Part shown: positions 12,501 to 21,503 of the stretch, one piece after another
Layout: each line of letters starts with the position of its first letter
Numbering within the stretch: position 1 is the stretch's first letter
Assembly: GCF_016433145.1 (NCBI RefSeq)
Contig: NC_058130.1
Span: 755,179,455 to 755,243,454, forward strand
Reading direction: 5' to 3'
Length of the DNA stretch: 64,000 nucleotides
DNA from: Gracilinanus agilis
Lineage: Eukaryota
Translations under genes and position numbers: made by a program
Notes under the pieces: generated by a model
What the model was told of the DNA's origin: nothing
Databases searched by the model: none
The model's input: the letters and a program-made list of their open reading frames with translations, nothing else

Positions 12501-15500
12501 TTACATATAATTTGAAAAAATAAAATATTTATAAAATTCTCTGCTTGACTTAAAAAAAAATCTTGCCTTGTGTCTTAGAATCTATACTAAGAATCAGTTC
12601 CAGGGAAGCCAAGCAGTAAGGTTTAGGCAATTGGAGTTAAGTGACTTGCCCAGGGTCACACAGCTGCGAAGTGTCTGAAGCCAAATTTCAATTTAGGACC
12701 TCTGGTCTGCAGGCCTGGCTCTACTAGGCCACTTAGCTGCCCCTCTGTTTGACTTTTAAAGCCTTTCATAACCTCAGGCATTCCTACCTCTAAAATCTCA
12801 CCTTCTCCAAGAAATCTCTTCTGGTATCCTTAATGTTGGTATCTTCCCTCTGAGGTCATCTCCCATCTCCCCTGAATTTATCTTCCATGTATCTAGTTGC
12901 TTGCATGCTGTCTCTCCTATTTGAACGTGAGCTCCCTGAGGATAGGCACCGTTTTGGGGTTTCTTTATGCTACATGGCCTAGTAAGTAGTAGGAGCTTAA
13001 CAAATGCCGGTTAACTTGACAACCACATACAAAGGTCTGTGCTCAATGCTGAGGTACAAAGTCAAAACTAGAATGCTTCCTGCCCTCAAGGAGTTTACCT
13101 TCCACTGGGTGGTGGGGATAAGGAAGCACCAGAATAATAATGATTATAACTAACATTTAAATAGTGCTTTAAGGCTTACAAAGCACTTTACAAATATGAT
13201 CTCATTTAATTCTGACAATGACTCTGTGAAGCATGTGCTATTGTAATCACCTCCATTTTCCAGCTGAGGAAATTGAGGCAAACAGAAGTTAAGTGGTTTG
13301 CTAAGGGTCATATAGCTGGCAAGTATCTGAGGCAGATTTTGAACTCAGGAATTCCTGAGATTTCTATCCATTGTATCATCTTGCCCTCTAAAACAAAACA
13401 AAACAAAACAAAACATGATCTTTTGTAGAAGTTGGGGTTCTTGGATGCAGCTGTGAGTACTTGTCACTGTGGAGGCTGCATTCCTCCTTCCTGTAGACAA
13501 CTGCTCAGCTATACCTCCCTTTTGCTGGAAAGTATTTTGTGTCAAAACAAAATACGTCAATAAATTTAACATATGGCCTTTCTCCACCATACTGTAGCTG
13601 TTGCCACTGGGCTTCAGGGTAGACTTAGTCAAGTTCCTTCTCTTAATGCCCATACAACCACGGTATGAGAAATTCATACCTACCTGGGCAGTCAAAGAGG
13701 ATGTAGTCATCTTCCACATGCCCAAGGCAGCTCTCCAGCCAGTCAAAGTTATTCGCAAAGTATTCCATGCAGAAGACCAACCCGCCATTGGGGCCAAACC
13801 TCAGAGAGTCGTCCTCCATGACATCATCCACCTCAATCAGCTCTCGGATATCTGAAAGGCCCAAGCCTACAATGCTCAGAGTCGAAGATCGCCCACCCCA
13901 AAGGTGGCTCTAGCATTGCTACTGACAAAGCGAATAATCAACAATCAACCAAGAAGCACCCAGAGCTAAGCCCTGATTAGCACAAATAAGGAATTCTGTG
14001 AAGTGATCGCCTCATCAAAATTCATGAGGAATCCCAAGAAGTGGTTACATTACTCAAATTCATACTCCAGATTTCCATTGGGTGGAACTAATGACCACAT
14101 TTTTCATAATCATGACTCTGACTAGTTCACATCTGAATAAATGTAACTATGTCATGGGATTCATTACTTGTAAAATGGGATTTGGTTTGTTCCAGTGCTA
14201 AGTAAGCATTGCTCTGGTGATAGAGATATAAAGACAAAGAATCGTACTAGCCTTGCCCTCAGGCAGCCTTTGTTTTATCAGGGTAAATAACTCATAGAAG
14301 TATAACTATCAGGAAGTTAAAAATATGGACAAAAGAAATACAAGGGGGATCATAAAGACCTGCAAGTAGAAGGCTCAGCTTGAGCTGTAAAGGAAACTAG
14401 GGAGGCTAAGGGCTGAAGGCAGCAGAGTGGGAAAGGCATTAGAGATAGCCCACAGCAAAGAGCCAGGGGATGGAAAACTGCCTCCGGCCAGGAGGTGGGC
14501 CAGTCTGACTCTAGTGTGTGAAAGGAGAGTAATTTGTATAAGCCTGGAAGGATGGATGAAGACCATGAAGGTTCTAACAGCCAGGGACAAATATTCATAT
14601 TTGATCTCACCTGCCATCACGGGATAGCTGAAGTGCTCAGCTGCGGGGTCCAGGTTCACTACTTGGACAGAACGGTTCAGGGTTTCACAGTGCTGGACCA
14701 TGGTGTGACAGTAGGTGCTCTGCAATGACAGTGAAGCTACTGTGGGGGGAGCAGATGAAGTTACAGAAATTATCCAAAGCCTTCAAAGGCAACGGATGGG
14801 ACAGAAGCAACAGAGAACATAAGGTCGGCCAGACTGGACAGGGCAAACAGACAAGACAGAGACAGACAGGACAGGGGTAGACAGCTGGGAAAGGGGCAGA
14901 CAGAGAGGATGGGATCAGACAGGTGGGGTGGACAGTTAGGACAAGGACAAACAGGGCAAAAGCAAATAAAGTCAGCCAAAATGGATGGGGAAAAACAGAC
15001 AGGACAGAGACAGACAGGAGAGAAGTAGATAGATGGCACAGGGGGAGACGGGCCAAGGGCAAACAGACAGGATAGGGTCAGATAGGACGGAGTCAGACAA
15101 ATGAGACAGGAGCAGACAAGACAAGGGCAAACAGAGAGGGCAGCCAAATGGAGAGGGTCAGGCAAGTCAGGATCTGACAGAAAGGTCATGGTCAGACAGG
15201 ATGGGGCAGGCAGATGGGGCCTCCTATATCAATTTCTATTCTAAACCTATTTCTAAGGGATGACACTTCTGAGTACACTGGACAGTTCCCAATTAGCCCA
15301 CTGCTATAACAGGGAAATATATTTTCAAAGCAGTTGGCTAACATTTATATATGTGCATTAAGGTTTGCAAAGCAATTTACATGTTATTTCATTTGATTCT
15401 ATTCAGAGTAGGGGAGAAAAGGAAGAGTAACAGTCTGAAGACCTAGGTTCAAATTCTGGCTCTGCTACTTGGGTGAATTGGGCAAATTAATTAACCTCTC

Positions 15501-18500
15501 CTGGCCATGGTTTCATATTTGCAAAATGGAGATGAACTAGTGGAGATAGGGCTGGACCTGGCCAGGTCTCTGGGAGTGATCCTAGGCAAGTACTTTACCT
15601 CTCTGAGGCTCAGTGTTCTCATCGTGAAATGGGGGTGGAGGGTGGGGAGGGTAGTAGGACGATATCATTTCTAAGGTCTCTTCCAGGTCTAAATTTGGTG
15701 ACTTTTATTGATCTAGGGCAGGGGTTCCCAAACTTTTTTGGCCTACCGCCCCCTTTCCAGAAAAAATATTACTTAGCCCCCTGGAAATGAAAATTTTTAA
15801 AAATTTTAATAGCAATTAATAGGAAAGATAAATGCACCTGTGGCCATCACTGTCTCCCTGGATTGCTGCAGCACCCACCAGGGGGCGGTGGCACCCACTT
15901 TGGGAATCCCTGATCTAGGGCATCTGAAGTCTAAGTCAACTCTCTCATTTTGTAGTTGAGCAAACTGGGGTCTAAGAAGGTTAACTAAGTTACCAAAGGT
16001 CACACAGGTAAAATATTCAAAGACAGGATTTGAACCTGGGCCCTCAGCTTCTGGAGCTGCTGCTCCAGCTACTGTCTCATGTTCAATGTCAGGCATAAGT
16101 TCTCCTCTGCTCTCTAGAGCTGAAGATCTCTCTTTCACTTAAACTCTCATTCTTTCAGAGACTCAGCTCAAAATTCACATCCTTTTTCTGACCCAACCCA
16201 GCCTCACTATGTATGACCTGGATGACAGAATCAAAAACCAGAAGGAAGTGATTAAGAAGGGGCAGCTGGGTGTCAGTGGATTAAGAGCAAGGCCTAGAGA
16301 GGGGAGGTCCTGGGTTCAAATCTGGCCTCAGACACTTCCTACCTGTGTGACCCTGGACAAGTCACTTAACCCCCATTGCCTAGTCCTTACAACTCTTCCG
16401 CCTTGGAACCAATACACAGTATTGACTCCAAGATGGAAAGTAAGGGTTTAAAAATAAAAAAAGGAAGAAAGAGAATCTATACTGTGTGTGACCCTGGGCA
16501 AGTCACTTCATTCCCATTGCCTAGCCCTGACCACTCTTCTGCCTTGGAACCAATACACAGTATTGATTCTAAGATGGAAGGTAAGAGTTTAAAAAAAAAA
16601 AAAAAAAGAAGTGATTAAGAGCTTCCCATGTGCCTATGGATTCCTGGGCAAGTCACTTACTTCTCTGAGAATGTTTCCTCATCCATAAAATGGAAATGAT
16701 AATCTCTGTAATACGTACCTTGGAGAGTTACCCTGAGGCTCAAATGAGACAGTGTCTGTGAGCTATGAATGACATTTTCTCCTGTACAATTTCATACCCT
16801 TTACCTTTAAGGTCTGGTTTAATTCATGGGGTTCACTGAGGTATTTCTTTGAAAAATTTTATTTAATTCTAAAATTTAGAATATTTTTCCATGGTTACAT
16901 GAATCACGTTCTTTCCCTTCCCTCTTCCCTACTCCCTTCCATAGCCGACGTTCAATTCCACTGGGTTTTACATGTGTCATTGATCAAGACCTCACTGAGA
17001 TATTCCTAACATCACCTACATGCTCCTTTTTTTTAAACCCTCACCTTCCATTTCAGAATCAATACTAATTATTGGTTCTAAGGTAGAAGAGCGGTAAGAG
17101 CTAAGCAGCTGGGGTTAAGTGACTTGCTCAGGGTCCACAGCTAGGAAGGGTCTGAGGCCACATTTGAACCTACGGCCTCCCATCTTGCCAGGCCTGATGC
17201 TCCATCCACTGAGCCATCTAGCCAGCCATCCTAGGGCTTTCATTCTCAAGGGCAGGAACAATGTTCTACTTTATTCATTTAATCAACATTATAAACATTT
17301 ACTATATGAATCATCTTCACCAGTGGGACCCTGGACAAGTTGGTGGTGCTCTCAGCAATTCACTATGACTGGGGTAAGAATGCTGGATTTAGAATCAGAG
17401 GACCTGGTAAGTAAATGACCTCGGGCCTCAATTTCCTCAGCTCTAAAATGTAGCACTTGGTGTAGATGATCTTAAAGATCCTTTCTAGTCCTTAATCTAT
17501 AATCTTTAATCAACAAAGTCCCAAGGGTAAGGTCTATATTTTTTGTTTTTCTCTCCCAGGCCTGAGCACACTCTCTGGCACCAAGGACAGCAGTTTGACT
17601 GGAATAGGGAACTCCTGCCAGTGCAGGTTGTCACCTCTTTGAATTATAGTCTCAGACAGAACAAATGTTTAATAATTGTGGCCCAAGTGAACATGTCTGC
17701 ACTTAGCTGGTTAGATGTTTGTCTATAACTCATGTTTGTCTTTGTATCCTCCAGCATTTCCCAGTAGTCCCTGACATTCAGGAGGTGTTTAATAAATGCT
17801 TGTGGTTTCTATGTTGCTAGCACTCAGCACATTGTAATCATTTAATAAGTGCCTGTGGACATGCTGATACTTGGCTTGGTGCCTCTTGTGTACAGAAAAC
17901 AATTAAATGTGGATTGACTGGCTACTGCTCACTACTAGAGACAAAAAGATGGAATGAGCTATGAAATGATGAGTTTCACATGACTTAGGGCTGGAAGAGA
18001 CCAGGGAGATCATTTACTCTAAACCTTGGAGTTTACAGATGAACAAATATATTGAGGAGGCAGGAGGCCCAGGAAACTGAAGAGTCATTTAGCTAATCAA
18101 TGTTTATTAAGTGCCTATTTTGTGCTGGGCACTGGGGATATGATAAAAGGTAAAAGACAGTCCTTGCCTTCAAGGAGTTTGTAATTTAATGGAGAAGATA
18201 ACAAGGAAACAAATGTAAATGTATAAAAAATGTATAAATAAGAAAATTAACAGAGAGAAGGCACTAGAATTAAGTGGAACTGGGAAAGGTTTTTGGAGAA
18301 GATGGTATTTTAGCTAGGATTGAAGGAGATGGAGAGTCTTAATGAGGAAAAGCCAGGAGACCAGTGTCACCGCATTGAAAAAGAGCACATGTTGGGACCA
18401 TCAGATATAAGAAGACTGGAAAGGTATGAGGGCACAAGGTGATAAAAGGCTTTTTAGTACCAAGCAGAGGATTTTTGGATTTGAACCTGGAGGCAATAGG

Positions 18501-20539
18501 GAGCCACTGGAGGTTATTGAGTCAGGAGGAGGGTGACATATTCAGATCTGTGCTTTAGGAAAAATCACTTTTGGTGATTGGACTGGAGTGGGGAGAGCAC
18601 AGAAGCAGGTGGACCCACCAGCGGTTATTGCAAGAGTCTAGGTGCAAGGTGGTGAGTACCTACACCAAGGTAGAGACAGTGTCAGAGAGAAGGGGGTATA
18701 TTCAAGATGTTACAAAGATAAAATTGGCAAACTTTGGCAACAGCTTGGATGAGAGTGGGGGTGAAGGAGTATAAGGTGTCCAGGTTGACTGCTAGATTGG
18801 GAGCTTGAAGGACTAAGAGAACTTGCCCTTCTTAGACGGGCCAGATTTGAACTAAGGTCTTCTTGGTTTTGAATCCAGTACTCAATCTTCAATACCAAGA
18901 AGCAGTATTTCCATTTTCTTTTTTATTCTTGCCTCTACGATCCCTTCTGATTTTTTCAATTATGTCACAATTAAAATAGCCCCATGGAACCTCTTCAGGT
19001 ATTAGAAATCTACAAAGTTATGAGAAACTGAATGATTAAATCCTATAGCCATCGTGTCACAGAGATAACTGTAATCTGGTGTCACTATTTCTACAAAGGA
19101 AGAAACTGAGGGGAGGTGGGGTGGTGTGTGATGTGCCTAAGATCCAACAGGCTATAAGCAGCAAAGGCAAGACTAAGGCACAGTGCAGTAAGAGACCTGG
19201 ATTTGAAGTCCTAAGACTCTCACCTCTGCTCAAATCCTGGCTCTTGGCTTGGACAAGTCACTTAATTTTCCTGAGTCTCAGTTTCCTCTTCTGTAAAATG
19301 AAAGAATTGGACTAAATAATCCCTAAGTTCACTTCCAGCCCTAAAATTTTGACATTATGACCTTATCATGAAAAATTTAGCACTTTAGGTAGGAGCAACT
19401 GGATAGTGCCTGCAGGGTCTCCAAGGCTGTCTCCCCACTGTGTTAAACTTTAGGCAAGGGGGCAGGTAGGTAGCCCAGTAGATAGAACACCAGGCCTGGA
19501 GTTGGGAAGACCTGGGTTCATATCTGGCCTCAGCTACTTCTGTGACCCTGGGCAAGTTCACTTAATCTTGATTGTCTAGCCCTTGCCTTTCTGTCTTAGG
19601 GCTGCTACTAGGATAGAAGGCAAGGATTTTAAAAGAACACAACAAAATGCTCAGGCAAGTTTCATCAAATAGGAAAGACTCCTCCTACTACAGGGCAATA
19701 ACTGGCCTTTCCCTGGTGTTTTAAGGTTTGCTACCAGTGTACCTCCTCATTTAAGTTTCACAAGAACCCGGAGGTCTAGATTGTTATTAGAATCCCAATT
19801 CTACAACAGAAGGAAAATGACCTGCCCACAGACACATATCTAGGAAAGTATGTAGTTTTGGTGGTAGCTCTTTGAAGGTCAAGACCCTCTTAGGTATCTC
19901 TAGGGCTTGTGGCAGTCATTTCCTTTCCTTTTAGATTGCTTCCCCCAGTCTTAGCACTGGGCTGGTCATATAATAGGAACTTAATAAATGTTTATTGATT
20001 ATTTGGTTATTGAATTGGTTGTAGGTAGAGTGGGGGTTGGACCTCCCAGGGTGGTTTTGCTCTCTGCCTAAGCAGATCTGGCAACTTTTTGAGACGTGAC
20101 TGGCCTAGGGTCCCACAGCCAGTCTGTCAGAGACACCCCACCCCACTCCCGCCCTCTAGGTCGGCCGTGCCACACTGCTCCTACTGGTGCTATACAACTA
20201 TTAAGCTATTCAGCTTAAACAAAGAATGTCCATTGCACTGAATGCCGTTTCGAGTTCTCTAATATTTCTATCTGCGTTCCCAGGAAACTAAAGAGAAGTC
20301 CCCGACCCACTACTCGTCCTGAAGCCCCAGGCGTTCTGCCTGGAGTTGGGGGGGGGGGGCGGCTGTAGGATCCCCGGCCTGTGGTTTGTGTTCGCAAAGG
20401 TGAGAACGGAACACGCTCTCCGCCACCCGGACAGTTACCGGAAGTTTTAAACTTTCTATCCCGTTTCCAACAGCCTCTGGCCAACACTGACCTTTCCGCT
20501 GCCTGCCGGACCCATCACCAGCTGCGCGTAACGAGGCAT
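443..20539 (-). CDS. GPN3: GPN-loop GTPase 3, complete CDS of 855 nt (284 aa); exons 20492-20539, 14611-14719, 13684-13851, 11080-11204, 6351-6466, 5923-6019, 3855-3983, 443-505
   Basis: The spliced translation runs [20 protein letters not shown]...FGPNGG...FDCPGQIE...IMTKMDLL...[11 protein letters not shown]. It has the P-loop GPAGSGKS, the GPN loop, DxxG and TKMD motifs. All seven introns are GT-AG with compatible phases. Confidence 0.98.
803..1007. mobile_element. Non-autonomous hAT DNA transposon (MITE)
   Basis: TIRs CAGGGGTTGGCAAC / GTTGCCGACCCCTG; 8-bp TSD GGCTAGTG / GGCTAGAG. Same family as 63646-63812, in the opposite orientation. Confidence 0.9.
1391..1585 (-). mobile_element. Marsupial CORE-SINE (SINE1_Mdo-like)
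   Basis: tRNA-like head GGGGCAGCTGGGTAGCTCAGTGG, CORE and tail ...GGAAGGTAAGG; 12-bp TSD TCTGTTA(T/G)GTCT. Confidence 0.88.
2720..3213 (-). mobile_element. Probable solo LTR, within further LTR-like sequence at about 2200-3300
   Basis: TG...CA ends, near-TSD GAGT / GAGG, LTR-like composition. Boundaries are uncertain. Confidence 0.45.
3360..3440. repeat. Purine-rich (GA)/(GACA) microsatellite
   Basis: gagagacagacagacagac... directly visible. Confidence 0.85.
3855..3983 (-). CDS. GPN3: GPN3 exon 7 ([43 protein letters not shown]), 129 nt
   Basis: Acceptor TTGCAG, donor GTAATT; part of ORF 3834-4118. Confidence 0.97.
4021..4880 (+). mobile_element. L1 3' fragment (ORF2 C-terminus and 3' UTR)
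   Basis: Homologous to 7190-7990; encodes a degraded Cys-rich C-terminus; A-rich tail near 4875. Confidence 0.85.
4975..5812 (+). mobile_element. Probable solo LTR in GPN3 intron 6
   Basis: Inverted ends TGTAAC / GTTACA; CCAAT near 5362 and a TATA-like tract; AT-rich U5-like end. No TSD found. Confidence 0.6.
5923..6019 (-). CDS. GPN3: GPN3 exon 6 ([32 protein letters not shown]), 97 nt
   Basis: Acceptor TTTAAG, donor GTAAGC. Confidence 0.96.
6351..6466 (-). CDS. GPN3: GPN3 exon 5 ([39 protein letters not shown]), 116 nt
   Basis: Acceptor CTACAG, donor GTGAGT. Not in the ORF track; translated by hand. Confidence 0.96.
6591..6779 (+). mobile_element. CORE-SINE
   Basis: Head GGGGCAGCTAGG, CORE and A tail. 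Confidence 0.8.
7190..7990 (+). mobile_element. L1 3' fragment
   Basis: ORF 7206-7430 ([17 protein letters not shown]...QPFW) is the L1 ORF2 C-terminal domain. Confidence 0.9.
9070..9630 (-). mobile_element. L1 3' fragment
   Basis: Reverse-complement homology to the L1 copies at 4021 and 7190. Confidence 0.7.
11080..11204 (-). CDS. GPN3: GPN3 exon 4 ([14 protein letters not shown]...VESFK), 125 nt
   Basis: Acceptor GTGCAG, donor GTAGGA. Confidence 0.97.
11520..11897 (-). mobile_element. Two tandem CORE-SINEs (about 11520-11690 and 11706-11897)
   Basis: Two consecutive reverse-complement SINE bodies. Confidence 0.82.
12548..12745 (-). mobile_element. CORE-SINE
   Basis: Homology to the other copies. 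Confidence 0.78.
13140..13380 (-). mobile_element. MIR-type SINE
   Basis: MIR core (GAGGAAATTGAGGC...AAGTGG...GGGTCA) and AT-rich tail. Confidence 0.7.
13684..13851 (-). CDS. GPN3: GPN3 exon 3 ([10 protein letters not shown]...FGPNGG...FDCP), 168 nt
   Basis: Acceptor TTTCAG, donor GTAGGT; contains the GPN motif. Confidence 0.97.
14611..14719 (-). CDS. GPN3: GPN3 exon 2 ([11 protein letters not shown]...YPVMA), 109 nt
   Basis: Acceptor TTGCAG, donor GTGAGA; part of ORF 14375-14725. Confidence 0.97.
14790..15220. repeat. Degenerate GACA/GGGCAAACAG low-complexity tandem tract
   Basis: Recurring GGGCAAACAGA, GACAGACAGG and CAGCCAAA(A)TGGA units. Confidence 0.8.
15719..15912. mobile_element. 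hAT MITE
   Basis: TIRs CAGGGGTTCCCAAA / TTTGGGAATCCCTG; perfect 8-bp TSD ATCTAGGG. Confidence 0.92.
16258..16607 (+). mobile_element. Composite SINE: a full copy plus a second 3' half inside one TSD
   Basis: 13-bp TSD GAAGTGATTAAGA at 16245-16257 and 16608-16620. Confidence 0.85.
17030..17230 (-). mobile_element. CORE-SINE
   Basis: Homology to the other copies. Confidence 0.78.
18090..18780 (-). mobile_element. L2 LINE 3' relic
   Basis: Begins with the reverse-complement L2 tail (AATCAATGTTTATTAAGTGCCTA...GGCACTGGGGATA), followed by the purine-rich body. Confidence 0.65.
19460..19630 (+). mobile_element. CORE-SINE
   Basis: Homology to the other copies. Confidence 0.75.
20492..20539 (-). 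CDS. GPN3: GPN3 coding exon 1 ([16 protein letters not shown])
   Basis: ATG at 20539 within the CpG island; donor GTCAGT. Confidence 0.96.
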
Positions 20540-21420
20540 GTTGACCCTAGTCGGCGCCCGCCGGCGGATAGCGCCGAAGAAGCAGCAGCACGCCAAGAAC
20601 GTCCCGGTAACTGCGAGCTGCGCACGACCCGCAACTCGACTTCCGGAAGGCAGGATGGCCAATCGAAACCTAGGGCCCGCCCTCTGTCCCTGCCCCGTCC
20701 TACGGTGAGCAGCCCCGCCTCCTACTACAGGTCTGCAGGAGGACCATGCTTCCTAACGTGTAAGGAACTACGCTAAGGTCGACCGGAGTTCGCCTAGCGG
20801 CTCGCCGCGTACGCAGGCGCAGAACAGACTAGGACGGACCCAGGGATAAAGGCTGACTCCTTAAACCAAACATCTTTGCATCCACCTGCGGGCGAGGCGC
20901 GAGCGCATCCCTCCCTCGGGCTGCCGCGAGCCACCGCCTAGCCTAGCTTCTGGCAGATCCTGGGCATTGCCATTTGGGGTGATGTTTGGAACGTAAAACG
21001 TAGCGGCACGGTTTTTAAACGTTTTAAATAATTATAATAAGTATTATTACATTATTGTTATTGTTATATTTCCAACTAAGGGATCCGGTAAGGAGGCGTG
21101 CCCATACGTCCCTGCTTAGGATGCACTAGGCGTCATCGCCCGCTTAGGATGCGAAAGCTCCTTCCGTTTAAGGGGCATCCTCTGCCCCGAAAGATGCAAA
21201 CGTGCCCCTTTCCTGCGTTCTACGCCTAGCCAGCGGGAGCCCCCGGAGGAGTGGGAGGGAGGGAAGGAGCCGGGCAAGTAGGGGGCCCGGTTGGGGCTGT
21301 GTCGGGTCCTCCTAACATCTTCCCCGCCCGACGCACGCACCCTAAAGCCGGGAGGGAAAGCCAGGGAAGCTTTTTTCCCTTCCTGCTACGGACGTCACCG
21401 TCTGGGACCCCTTGGAGAAG

Positions 21421-21503
21421 ATGCCGGACCAGATGCAGACGCCCCCCTGGGTGGAGGAGGGAGGCCTGGCGACGGAGCTGTCTACAGCCGCTGGGAGCGG
21501 AGG
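21421..21503 (+). CDS. FAM216A: FAM216A coding exon 1 (MPDQMQTPPWVEEGGLATELSTAAGSG)
   Basis: ATG has A at -3; an in-frame TAA lies upstream at 21343; donor GTGAGG is phase 2, matching exon 2. The sequence is divergent, so the start is less certain. Confidence 0.75.

Noticed and set aside
13345-13855. Alternative-frame and antisense ORFs over GPN3 exon 3
   Set aside because: Shadow ORFs of real coding sequence with no recognisable homology.
14685-15189. Long ORFs of 125 and 139 aa rich in Cys, Leu, Pro and Ser
   Set aside because: These are translations of the low-complexity GACA tract.
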